A stretch of 64,000 nucleotides of DNA from assembly GCA_973895155.1 (NCBI GenBank), contig OZ316897.1:8951832-9015831 (forward strand), read 5' to 3'. A model generated the notes under the pieces. The model was not told where the DNA came from. It was given only the letters and a program-made list of their open reading frames with translations, and did not search any database. Position 1 is the stretch's first letter. Each line of letters opens with the position of its first letter. This document shows positions 12,201 to 24,355 of the stretch, in pieces. This stretch comes from Marsupella aquatica (Eukaryota > Plantae > Marchantiophyta). Made by a program: the position numbers and the translations under genes.

Positions 12201-13815
12201 TGGGAATATGTGCTCATTATGTTGACATTTTCCTGAATACAAACTTGAGCTTGAGGTAGAGGATTGTTTTGTGTGGCAAAGTGGGGTTCTTTTTCAGACT
12301 CTGGCAAATGTGGTGTTTCCATGGGAATCACTCTGTAGGTGGTAATACACAGCCAATAAGTTTTAAGCAAAATTGCATCCCTATGCAAACATTTCTTGAC
12401 ATTCAAATGTCTGTGCATTTTGTGCCACTTTTGATTATTCAATTCAAAGACCACTTTCTTGAGTTGCATGTGCCTCTACATCTGACTGGATCAGATAGTT
12501 GTGAACAATTTTTTTCAAAAGTGGGAGGCATGAATGGTCATGAACGAAGTTATGACCTAACTGAGTTGGTTGATTGTGCAACCTCTTTGAATCGGTTGGC
12601 AGCAATGGACTTGAGTGAAGGAATAGTGGGAGCTGGTCACAGTCACAAAAAACATAGAAATATTTGGATGAAACTCCACCAGTACCACATGGGTCTCCAA
12701 GAAAATTTAGTCAAATAGACTATACAGGGATTGAAACTGATACAGATATCATGAGGGCTTTGCAAGAAGGTTTTTTGTTAGCCAAAGATGTTGCTACTCA
12801 GACCCAGATGAACCCTTCCACATCTGCTAGAAACACTATATGGTGGGATTCACCATGGGAAATTGAGGCAAAAGGTGCACACCATGGAGGATGGTGTGAT
12901 ATAAATGTGGAATCCTTGGAGGTGGATGAGGATGCAACATTGGTGGATAGACCTAACCCCAGACAAATAGCAAATATACAACTTATTCCAGAAGGTCCAT
13001 TTACAGTAGCTGGATCCTCCACTATAGCAGCTGAAGAGGCGAATTCAGCCTTCCACGATGGGATGCTTGAAGATGGGGTGCCTGATGTACACATAGCTTG
13101 AGATAACTGTTATGATGTAATGTCTGATATACACACAAATTTGGTGTATGGTGAGTCTGGTGTCACAATTGTTCCCACTGTGAGTTTTGAGGGTCGAATA
13201 ATGTATAAGAGTACTTTAGTTAGTCAAATGGTAGAGAACCCTCATCTTAGCAAGGACCGTTTGACACGGGTGAAGCAAAGTCTTTACTTCAACAATTTGG
13301 TGGATAAACCAAAAGTACGAGTGGGTGCTCCAACTATGATGATGAGTGTCAGCAGCGACTGTGGAGTATTTTTTGTGGATGAGACAGCACAGGGAAGGGT
13401 GACGAGAAGCAGTGAGACCACACAGAATGGGAGACAAAAGCGAAGGAGGCCTAGTGGTTTGCCAGTTCCAGTTGTGTCAGTAATCAACAGTCCAAAATAT
13501 GTTTGGTGGATAGGAAGAGCTCAAACTATTCAACAAAAATATGGAAACACAAGTGGAAGATCACGAGAACCAGTGGACTTGCTTGATAGGCCTGGTCCAA
13601 AAGTTGCATGCAAAGTGTTCTTTAATTGGTTTACTCCAATTGGTAATAATAAGGAAAAATTTAGGTACTCTGTGTGTGATCCTCAATGGATTGATTTAGA
13701 CTGTGTGATATCAATAGTCACCCTTGAAGTCAATCCTTTGCATCCAAAAGTATTCAAATTGCATCCAAATGATGGAATTGCATTGAAAAACTTTGTAAAG
13801 AGCAAAATTGATTGA
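9290..13815 (+). pseudogene. P-element/THAP9-type DDE transposase, disrupted by stops and frameshifts
   Basis: Collinear ORFs 9300-13815. Motifs YLAEDET..DDTLIGFCG, HASDGDSRRRKLM, QDFIHNGKKLVNPL (DxxH), SDRQNW and GSDSCEQFFS occur in the order seen in P-family transposases. Confidence 0.75.
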
Positions 13816-14825
13816 ATGTGATATTTGGTAAGTAAATTATCAAATTGATTTGTTATTTTATTGTAGAAAATTGTGTCTAGGTTTAGAATCTGGTTTTGAA
13901 TGTTATCTAATGTTCAATTTCTAAGCAAACGTGAGTCATTCCATGAAATGTTAATGAATTTGTGGTTTATTGTTGTTCAGGCTCAAACCTGTTTTGACCA
14001 GTTGCAGCATTATGGTATTTTCTAGAAGATTATATTTTCTAGAGGATCAACTAAGAAATGTATGGCCATACTTGGCCCCCTAAGGAAGAGGAGGTCAAGT
14101 CGACAAAGGTGTTTAAGCATGTTGCTTCCGATGAAGGATATCAAACATGATATCTGAGAGAGTGCTTTAAACCAAAGTTATTTATGTACTTTAGTGAAAA
14201 TTATCATTTTAGTGAAAAGTGATTAGATAGAAGTTTTGGGGAGGTTTAGATTTACAGGAACTATAGGACTAAGTATGTCAAATGTTGTGTTCTTACAATT
14301 TTCATAGATGATAGTGTTCCAACTATAAGCTTTACTTGAATGATCTTTCACTCTTATGGGCCTCCTTATTTTCATGAGGAAATGCATGTGTACCAGGAAA
14401 TGTGTACATAAAGTATATGTTATTCTCAGACTGATATATGTATATTTCAATTTTTCCAATTCAGAATCTCTTTGACATATTTTTTTTATAATACGTGAAG
14501 GGCATATTTAATGATCTTTTGGTGATGATTATAATTGCCCAAAGGGCTTTATTAATGATCCAAAAATAATTTATTAATATTAACAAGAGTTTTTTTAAAG
14601 GACAAAAAATAGTACTGAAGGGTTTTGGAGAGGGGGTCGTTCACAGGTGGGTTTCATTAATATACACACAGTGAGGGCCCAGGGCCCACAGTCTTGTGGG
14701 TATGGACGTCCACCTCAACCATAGGGATGTGAGTATATATCTATATGCCAGTTATTTGTGAAGGCATGGCACTCCTGAATTTCAGACTGCATATCAATAA
14801 TTGTTTGGGGATGTATTGGATTCAG

Positions 14826-17610
14826 ACAACATGAAATTCTGTCCACCTGCCATTGCATGCAGATTCTGCCCAACCTGATTGGGAAAATGTTGGTAATGAT
14901 CGTTCCAATGTCCACAAGGTCAAACATGGGTTGAACCAGGTTGGGAGGATGGTGGTGGGTCGTGGAATGAACAAGGTTGGGAAGGTGGTGAAGGTAATTG
15001 GCAGGGATTTCAAAATACAGTACCTACAAATGCTGGAAGAGGGGCAGGTAATCTCTGATCTTGTCAGCAATGGAAGAACTCATTATATGTGGAGTCCATT
15101 GACGTGGGGGGGATTCTGCACATGTATAATAATAGAAAATGTATGTGTGCAGGTTGGACAGTCAAACCATCGACTCAAGTATTCACTATTGCCCCTATGC
15201 AGATGCAGCACGGAAGGGGGCCAGGTATGTTGGTGAATGTTCATATGTTTTCCTATAGTTTGTACTACGTTTTCAGTACATATGTTTGCAGCCACATACC
15301 TAGAAAGTGATATCATCCGGCCCCTGTACTAGGCTGGACAGGTGGTCCAGGGTCACAACAATTCCAGAGTGCAGTCCCTGCACAGGCATCTACAGGCAGA
15401 GCTACAGGTATGTATGTTTGAAGAATTTTTCTTGAAGTGAAGCATTGAATGTTGCCGTCATCCATTCTGCTATATGTAGTTCTCAAGCATGAATGGCATT
15501 GTATTTTCCCAGGTGGCTTCAAAACCCCAGGTAGGGTGTATGAAGGGGTGGCCAATACAACGCCCAGTACTACTGAGATTAGTGCACGAGGGGAGGTGAC
15601 AAAGAAAGGGAACGTAAAGTTGAATGAGAGACAATGGGTGGATGCTGAGTGTCCTTGTAAGAACCGTTGGCATGCTGATTTGAAAGCTGAAGTATTGCGT
15701 TGGTTAGATGTGAGTGTTATTAATTTTAAAAAACAACATCCAAAAGATTGGAAGACTATATGTGAAAATGTTGCTGCCAAATGGAATTATGTGGGCAGTG
15801 ATGATGGTGTGGACATAGGTTGCCTAGAGAGTACAGCAGGTAAAATCATAAAGCAAGAGAGGTGGAGAATGCATAAGGCTTGGAAGGAAGGTGGGGAGAA
15901 GCCAGATATGCCTCCACTAGCCAGTTGTGATGATAAAGTGTGGGCAAGGTTAGTAGCTTATTTTGTAATAGATGCTTCAAAAAAGAAGAGTTCACAGATG
16001 ACCGAGGCCAGGTTGAGTGTTCAGAACCCTAATCTGTCCGGAAGGACCGGCACTGCACCGACAGCAAAACGTTTGGTAAGAATCAATGGCCTAGCTATGT
16101 AATTTATGCTACACTATGTACTGTTTTTTAGTGTAAACCCATACATGTAAACTTTGTTTTTTAGTGTACGTTCCATGAATAATAATGATAACTTGTGTTT
16201 GCCATGCATGTGCAGAAAGCCCAATTGGGGCAAAGCCCTCAAAAGAAGAGTTGAGGGCTGAAATTGTGAACACCCAGGCTCAAGAGGGTGCATCTGAATC
16301 CTCCAAGCATGTAAGTTATATGAGTTCTGATTGGTAATTGAATGACCTGCGTTGAATTTTAGGTGTACACTGTATATAACATTGATTGTGCATATATTGC
16401 CCAACATTTCATATGGAGTGATTGAACCTATACCCCTGTGTCATGTAGGGAGGTGGATCTTCACTTACAGAGATAAGTGGTCGTTTGAAGGCTGTCAAAA
16501 CATGTCTTCCAAAGATCAATGAACGTTTGAATTCATTGACTGACTTGTTCCATGTGAACTTCAAGACATTAATGGAAGTTGTTGTGTCGGTGAGAGATAA
16601 AATTGATTCCAATTTTGCAGGAGTTCCACCATCACCACTTGAGGTGGCAAAGTCGATGCACTCTTCTGGCATGCCAACGACATGTAGGCTTGAAGGTAAG
16701 GCCTTTACAACTGTGTGGGATATGATTAGTAAATGTATAGTTTGAATTGACATAGTTTGTTGAATGTGTTATTTTCAGTAACATATATTGTGGTTGTTTG
16801 TCCATAGAGAATAAGACAGGTGCTGCAGAGAAGAAGTATGAGAACCTGGCAAACACTCGTTGTAATTTAGAGGCAACAAAGTTGCAGTCTGTACAAGCAA
16901 CTTGTTTGACAGAGGGCAGTCAACCATGTTTGGATGAGGATGACATTGGCAAGGGAGTCGATGATATCAATGTTGGGGCAAATGAGGATATCAGCAAGCA
17001 TGACAATGATACCATTGAGCCAGATTCATGCTATGTAGATCTTGACTCCATTGCAGAGATAAATGATTTGCAGAATGTATCATTCTCAATGACAGGTGTG
17101 CCTCTTGTTGAGATAAATCCAACCAAAGAGTTAGTTGGTATGACACTCCCAGGTGGTGAACCTGCTACTGTGACAGTCCTAACAGAGGAACCTACTGAGC
17201 CTAGCTTCACTACTGTGAAGAGAGGAAGCATGCGCACACAAAGCAAGTCTGCTGGTGGGAGCAGAGCCACGTCAAAGGTTTCATACAAACCTCCAAGAAC
17301 AGTGCTGGCAGAAAGATCTAAGGTGGAAGTCGGGAAAGCACCTAATGCTGAGGGACAAAGTGGCTTGTTAGCTGTTGATGAGAGTGGAACACGAGTAGGA
17401 TTTGGCAGAGTGCAGGTTGGTTCCACAACGTTCCATGGCAAGCGGATTCCCCCAGGCTAGGTTATTCAGTAGTGTTAGTCACATTACTAGTGAAACCTAA
17501 AGCTGTCCTTCCCATTCCAAACACAAATAATGATCCTCCTCAAAAGACACTTGGAGATGCTGCAGGTTCTTTGGTATTATGGCCAAGCAAGTTCATAGAG
17601 GATCCATAAC
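14826..17610 (+). pseudogene. CACTA TnpA-like gene, 3' exons (Ptta/En/Spm Transposase_24-like domain and C-terminal Tnp1/DUF8039-like domain)
   Basis: WKTICENVAAKWNY...VWARLVAYF...KKSSQMTEARLSVQNP..SGRTG (15512-16075). RVGFGRVQVGSTTFHGKRIPPG...AVLPIPN...TLGDAAGSLVLWPSK (17380-17595). Several GT-AG introns and stops. Confidence 0.7.
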
Positions 17611-18099
17611 AATGTCATGCCATTATTTGTTCGTAGTGTGAGTCATGTTATGTAGATTTTAGATGTCAAGAAGGAGTACAAGAATCATGTCCTCTTGGAG
17701 ATTCTTAGTATCATGCATGTGCTTTCAGTTATCTCATCATGCAGTCATCAATTATGAGTTCCTATTTTGTCTGAATTACATTGATCACATTGTAAACTAT
17801 TCCATTGGAATTCAAATGATCTACATTTTTGAGCAAGATTGTGATTCTGTTTAATTCTTATTAATTGTGTAGGATCTCCTTATATGATGCTTTGTTTCAT
17901 GTGAATGTCATTCATGCTATGTTCATTTCTTGTATTCAATGTGTTATATTTCTAAAGTTAGAACATCAGGTTTCTATGTATTGTAATGTGGAGTGCTCTC
18001 TCTCCTTATAAACTATACCTCTGTGTTCATTAGTCATGGTTACAACTTGCATGTGAACCTTATTAGTTATAAACATGATGATATAGAGTCCCAAATGGT

Positions 18100-18459
18100 T
18101 CTGTTGTGTGACCTGGGCCAGGGTCTCCATTGGTCTCTCCTGTGACACTAAATGGTCACACGCTAGTCATTGTTGAATGCGGGTAAGTCATGTATGTGAC
18201 TTACCATGTGACTCGTTAAAGTCATATTGCAGTCACGTAGAAACAAGGTAGACTCCACAATAAAGTCACAGATCAGTCACAAATGGGTATCAAGGAAATC
18301 ACAAAGCCCAGTATCAATAGTGACTTCCATTTTGTGGTCTCAACTTTTGCAACTCCAAGGGTCACAGCGTGGGTCAAGTCACGTTGAGTCACAATGAAGT
18401 CACATGAGCCAAAATGAGTCACATATTGCGGTCTCAATTCACCTCAGATTCTTCTAGTG
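18100..18459. repeat. CACTA 3' subterminal repeats and TIR
   Basis: Dense cluster of (A)GTCACA/TGTGAC motifs in both orientations, ending at the ...CTAGTG terminus. Confidence 0.8.
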
Positions 18460-19836
18460 CTGGAGAGGCCTAGAGTAGGCCGGTTACATCTCTCATGACC
18501 CGATGAAGAATCTGTCCAATATATGTGGGTGAGAAGTTAGTAAGGAAACTTAGTAGCGTCCCATGCTGATAAGCCATAGAACCTGCCTTGGCAAGACCAA
18601 AACCGGTGGGAATCGGCTTGTTCAGGGGAGGTTCTTTGGTTTAGAGAGCCATGGGATGCACCACAACTACAAAAAGAATGACAAGTAAAGTTTCAGGCAG
18701 ACCCCAAATGGAACAGAGAACGAGGATCTCGATAAACTTATCGGACCCCAGATTACCTGATGATTCAATTGAACACATTGCAAATCTAGGGACACTCTTA
18801 GAATTAGAATTGAATGAAAACTTCTATAAAATTATAGAACATTTGATTCCTAACTATAAATGAATGCATGTCCCAATATATTTATAGAAACTCTCATACT
18901 TGGTCACTTAATTTCTCTGTCCATCTAGCTAGGACTTACACGTTTGTCTCTTTGGGAAACAATCATCGACAGGCTCCCCAATCTGGTTGACCAGATAATT
19001 GTAAGAATAGGTTTTTCACGTTTGTTAACTTCTTGAGTTTCTCTCCTCTTTGTACATGGACTCCAAAGATATATACTTGGATATCACTCTACTCAAGAGC
19101 CTTTTGATATGGTCTTTATTTTGAAGACCTTGCAAATCCTGAAAGTGGTTCAAATTGATATCCCCTGACAATTTATTCATGGCCTTGACCTTTGCAACCG
19201 TTGGTTTTGCCTTCAATTTCCTCTTTGTTGGGGCTGATTTCTTTGGAGACTTTTTTTCCCGTTCTGTCGCCCCCGAGTGAAAGTGGGGGGGGGGCGAAAG
19301 GCGCATAGTGGCGCCCTCTTTTCCCGGCAAGCGCGACGGGGGAGCCACCAATAATTTTTGAAGAGCGAGTATATTTGCTTTGTTCCACCATCGCAATTTG
19401 AAAGATTGAAACATTATATATATATACGTGGCGGTTCATATAGAATAGTTGCTTACAGGCCAAATAGATATATATATATTTCTATATTTCATTTATTTAT
19501 TTATCTCTCTCTATATGGTCCAGGAACAAACTTCGATCCCCTTTCTCTTATACATAAGATGAAATTACTATTATTAGACAAGATATTAAGGATAGTAATA
19601 ATTATTAGGCCTGTTCAGAATGAGAACTGATACTACTAAATACTGAGAATTTTTGAATGACTAATTTTTTGCAAGTCGGGAAACTCGACTTCAACTTTTT
19701 GTAAATAAAACTAAGAAGGGACCTTGACATCCTAGTAAATAATCCCATTGGAAACCTTTGTAATTACGATGGGATAGACTCATTCCTACTACATGATCCG
19801 ATAGAGGGAACCTGGTTTCACCTGGCCAAGCGTCTC

Positions 19837-20847
19837 ATGTCAGATCCACATTTGAAATATAGTTTCTTGGAGATCCCATATTTCACCATCCCGAAATGCA
19901 ATATGGAATGTGGGATCATGTGTGGCCATACTATCACGGACATTAGGATTGCACGTGAACAAAAAGCACTCATCACATCATGCATGTCTCAAATCTTTTG
20001 TAGTGCCTTGTTTCCCTGCCTTGAACTCCATGTACAAATTGTGGCATGCTCTCACCTTGTCAATGTTTGACATGGTTTCTTGTACTCTTGGTCAATGCCA
20101 TGCTGCCAACCAAGTTTCTGAATCTCTTGTTTGGTGAGACTAGTGTACACCCAAGCTTCCACTTCACCAAAAATCTGCTTAAGACTATATTCTTTGAATA
20201 GCTCGGACTTTGCTCGTGCTCCATGATTTCCACCAACTACTCTCTACTTTCAATTCTTGCTCTGACTAATGTCCCATTCTTGATTAGTGGGACAGTTTGC
20301 GGGATCCACAACGAGAACAAATGGCGCACTAAAATTTGAAGGATTCTTTTTCAAGAGCGTTTTAATATTCTCCACATGCAACCGGTCAATAGGGCGTATC
20401 AATGTTGAGTTTTTGCCTTCATCATCCAGAATGAAGTGTTCACGTGGAGCAAAATTGTTGTCCGTTGGACCTTGTGAGTTTTGATGAGTCTTGATAGCTC
20501 TGCCGTAATGGCATCCATTTCTTACTTAGCAAGAGGTGTCTCCTCCTCTTCATCACCCTGCCACGAGATGGATTTTGAGTGAGAACATTGATACGATTAT
20601 CGAGCCTAAAATTGGATATCTTAAGTATGGATTGCAATCCTACCAATAGCAAAAAGTGGATTGAGAAGGTCTCACTGATGCATCCAAGAGATTTGCGAGG
20701 GCTTTGTCAGGTGCATTATCACCGTCCTTTTTTTCTTCTCCTGACTTAGCTCCTGTGCATGGATCACAGGTCTTGGTTGAAGCTGCTTTATTGCCAACCC
20801 CCCGCAAATTGCTTCGTGGTTTCCTTGGATCACTATATTCATTAAAA
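19837..20847 (-). pseudogene. ParB/Srx-like domain gene (copy A), frameshifted and truncated at 19837
   Basis: Stitched minus-strand frames read LIRPIDRLHVENIKRS..KNPSNFSAPFVLVVDP...RVVGGNHGARAKSEL...VEAWVYTSLT...LGWQHG. GGNH..A matches the ParB/Srx core motif. Confidence 0.55.
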
Positions 20848-20869
20848 CTGAAATTATAAAGGATATAGG

Positions 20870-21120
20870 GAAATTTGGAGATTTAAAAACATAGTTTTAG
20901 GCATGCAAATTGTAAATTTGGAAGATGAAAAATGAAAATTCAAGCATCATTAAATGTAAATTTGGGGACAAAAAATGAAAATTTGGGAAAATTAAATATT
21001 AAATTGGATGATATTAAAAACATTTGGGTGACAAAAGTGTTCATTTTGTTGGAAAATAGATAGAATCTAGTAATAACATATAAGCTTGGATGGCATCTAT
21101 ATTTAAAACATTTAGCTTGG
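20870..21120. repeat. Degenerate ~21-bp AAATTTGG-containing tandem repeats
   Basis: About 8 units such as ATGTAAATTTGGGGACAAAAA and ATGAAAATTTGGGAAAATTAA. A similar cluster lies at ~43890-44040. Confidence 0.55.
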
Positions 21121-21420
21121 GTAAGATATCTAACTAAGCAAGTTTGCCTTAGAATGACTATACTCTCTAAACAAAGTTAACTAGGATGATATACAACCTA
21201 CTAGAAGGAATGATATGGCATCATTTTCTAGAATTAAATTATACTAAGACAAATAAAATAATAATTATAAGAAAGTCCATAATTCAATAACTTTGAGAGA
21301 TCATAGAATATCAATTTGATTGTCAGACTTGTTCTCTCACTTTAGACAAACTCATGGAAATCAACTCAACCCTCTAATCACAAGTCATTTGAGTGGAGAC
21401 TTGTGACCTGCACTATCAAT

Positions 21421-22457
21421 CTACTCATCAATACCTTCCATGTAAATTTTGAGAGTTTTCAAAACATTCTTGGGAATTGTCAAACCTCTATCCATAATAT
21501 TTTGTTCTTTAGCACCCGACTTAAACCCATACATTGCAGAATTTGCAAACTGCCAACTTTGAGCAACATTGTCAAACCCAGGATCCAGCTCCCAAGTCTT
21601 AGTGGTCTGAAAGCAACATTCATATCGAATATCATCCTTTGCATCATGCTTACCATGTTTAGGCCTCCACCATTGTACTTGGAACATAGGAGCATTCCTC
21701 TCAGGGATGCTCTGAACAGACTTTGACGAAGACCCTTCAATATGTAGAAATTCTGTTGAGGGAAACTCATGGTTTGGATCCACGCCACCCAAAGCTCGAA
21801 CCAGGCAACCAGAAATGCCCTTTGCCATTTTCCTATTCCCATTCATCCTCTGGACGTAAAAATACAAAGTGGCCTTCTTGAATATCTTGTAGAGGAATCC
21901 AACGTGCAGGTTCTCGCTCTTGTTGTGCACCAACAAAGGGTGCAGCTTGATCTTCCATCTCTTCCATGTACTCATTTTGAAGGTCCATCATCTCTGGATT
22001 TTGAGAAAGTTCACTTGATAGCTAAGATGTCCCCAAAATCATCTTGTAACATGTGCCATGGTTAGTCTTTGGCCAAAAATCAGTTGTCAATGGCAATTGT
22101 CTTTCCCCCTCCCCTTCTATTGTAAGTTTCTCGGACAGTGCTTGCACAAGATTCTCCCAATATTTGACCAGAGGAAATCTCTCTCGATATGCTGCAGAGG
22201 TCTCATCCTTACAACTTTTCTTCAAGAAATCAATATAGCAATTAAGGAATGGGATGATTTCTCCGGCCTTCTTTTGTACATCCCCAGATATAGGTTTTGC
22301 AAATGGTTGGCCTTCCGGTAAAATGAGCGCATTTGTGATGGGATCAGTTCTCCAAATGGACCTCCCCATTGCCGGAAGCCAGGGTTGCTTGACATGTGCT
22401 TTATATTGATACACTGGCACATTATCCCTCATGGAGAAAAGAAATGCTACTGGTTTT
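21421..22457 (-). pseudogene. Sola-like/DUF7869 transposase, 3' part (downstream of the MULE insertion)
   Basis: Removing the insert and one copy of the 13-bp repeat restores an in-frame junction GHSKPVA|FLFSMRDNVPVYQYK. Continues through ORFs 22022-22432 and 21421-21975. Confidence 0.8.
22445..22457. repeat. 13-bp target-site duplication TGCTACTGGTTTT (left copy; right copy 33157-33169)
   Basis: Exact direct repeat at both junctions of the insert. Confidence 0.9.
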
Positions 22458-23303
22458 CCTTGGAAATGTTTTTTCTTAATTTATTAGTGACCACAAAAAC
22501 CCCGTGGCAAGGAAAATAGGAAAGTGACCCGCAACACACCATCAACCGGGTAATTATAACGTGCGAGCAAACAGTAGAATTTTTGCTCGCACGGGCAAGA
22601 TGTCACCTTGTATTGGGGCCCAAAAAAGGTCTGGAATATTCCTCGCTAGCATGGAGACCCTGTTCAATCAATAAATATAGACGGCTACCCATGGACGATT
22701 CTAGTCCCGTGAACGCAATAGATCAAAATGACATATCTTCAGGCCAGCGAAATTGCTAGTCTAATGATGCCAACACATTGAGCCACTCATACAAGGTACG
22801 GTCTCCACGTACAGGCTTCCACATGTTAAAATTCCCACCCGAGGAAGAGTAATAACAAAAAAGTACTTTGCGATTCCCGCGTGAAAAGAATCAATGTGTC
22901 ATTACTACCGAGGAAAGGAGGATTAAGGCCGTTTGGACACTAATTAAGTCACTTGCAAGTGAATGGGACACTTACCGTTCGAACCAGACTCGAATCCAAG
23001 GCGTCAAACCGTCCACTTAAACAAATCCGCTAGCCCAAAAACCACCAGTCTTCCAAATCATTCTCCCGATCACTTCCACCGCGTCCGACTTGATCTCTTT
23101 CATTCGGACCTGCTATCAGTGTTCCAAGTTCTCAACACTCTCCAGATCTAGTTCAGGTAAGCGCGGGTCTATGCTCTGAGCTGTTTTAAGGGAAGAACAC
23201 TCCGACAAGGCATGATATTCATCGTATTCCATCGTGAATAATGTTTCCATTTGTTGAATCCTGTTCTCTTTAATCACTGTTTGGGTTTTGTAAGTGCAGA
23301 GAA

Positions 23304-23732
23304 ATGTCTGGTGTTCCAAGCAATCCTCCTCAGGGGAAATGGCAACTTGAGATCCGTTGTTACAACCCGGCGACAGATGGCCCGCTTGAAGATGACTCTC
23401 CTCCGAAGCAAAAACCCGATGCAGAGACTATGAAGGTCTCCGCAGGCAGCAGTGTCCCAACCGAACTCGATCAATCTGTTGGATCATCATCATCATTGAG
23501 GAGAACACCTACTCCTCCAAAGTTAATTCCAGCAGCAAAGTCTCCACCGAAGCCAAAGGTGGATACCACACAGCGCGAGGTTGTATCGAAGAGGAAGAGG
23601 CTTGCAGAAGAGGATCAGTATTGGATTGACAGGGAGAACTATGACTACTGGACCGAGGAACGCCTCGCCTCTTCGGATTACGATTCTGAGTCAGACACTG
23701 ACTCCGATGCATGGAAGGCGTCCAGCCCCTGA
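23304..23732 (+). CDS. Unknown small accessory ORF/exon of the MULE (Pro/Ser-rich, NLS-like SKRKR, acidic tail)
   Basis: 142-aa open frame preceded by a TGCAG acceptor-like site. An upstream GTAAGC donor lies near 23157. No recognisable domain. Confidence 0.4.
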   Translation: MSGVPSNPPQGKWQLEIRCYNPATDGPLEDDSPPKQKPDAETMKVSAGSSVPTELDQSVGSSSSLRRTPTPPKLIPAAKSPPKPKVDTTQREVVSKRKRLAEEDQYWIDRENYDYWTEERLASSDYDSESDTDSDAWKASSP

Positions 23733-24355
23733 GGGTAGAGTCAGGTTGTGGATTTACTGAAATGTTTTTAGTTACAAGCGAACCGCATGTCCTCATGTAC
23801 TTTCAATATGTATGAGAAGTAAAGTTTGGGTGGTCCTTTCATTTCTATGTGTTTCTCTGGAATGCCATTTTGCACATAGTACTTTTATTTTGAAGTCACT
23901 GTTGGACCCTTCCCAGACTAGCGATATCGCTAGTATAGAACTGTGTTCATCTTTGATAATCAATTCGATCGAGTATTACCACAACAACTTCAGGGGAAAC
24001 ATCTCTCCCTAAACCCTAAACATCCTGTCACATCCTGTCCTAAATTCCGTTGATCAGACTAGCGATCTCGCTAGCCAAAAACTGGCGTCATTTTAATGAT
24101 CAAACCGTGAACTCTATAGAAACTTGTCGATAGGTTAACACGTCTGAAAGTAGGATGTTTCTGTCAGGATGCAACAGACTTCCTAAGACTAGAGAGATCG
24201 CTAACCGTAAACAGAAAACTCAAACACCATAAAAGTTACCATTATGGACCTCGCTAACATTATGATTCGCTCGGTGAAAACAAATTGATATTTGTGAAAC
24301 CAGAAACTCGAGTAATCCATCCCACCACCCTATAATTAGCATCTCCAATAAACGA

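Larger units (their letters stand above)
4366..14726 (+). mobile_element. 10.4-kb nested TIR DNA transposon with a P-element-like transposase and cargo
   Basis: Imperfect ~90-bp terminal inverted repeats: CCCGTGGTAGAGG...ACCCACA...CCCTGGGCCCT...TGTGAACAAC vs reverse complement CCCTATGGTTGAGG...ACCCACA...CCCTGGGCCCT...TGTGAACGAC. ATG on both sides (4363-4365, 14727-14729). Host CACTA gene resumes afterwards. Confidence 0.7.
2936..18459 (+). mobile_element. CACTA (En/Spm) DNA transposon, 3' part, with nested insertion at 4366-14726
   Basis: DUF4216-like TnpD tail, TnpA-like exons, GTCAC/GTGAC subterminal repeats and terminus TTCTTCTAGTG at 18449-18459 (reverse complement CACTAGAAGAA). Confidence 0.85.

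Noticed and set aside
18460-19836. Possible organellar insertion or structured RNA/group II intron fragment between the CACTA end and the ParB-like gene A
   Set aside because: Some GC-rich stems and AT tracts are present, but no recognisable organellar gene, domain V or RNA motif. It needs BLAST.
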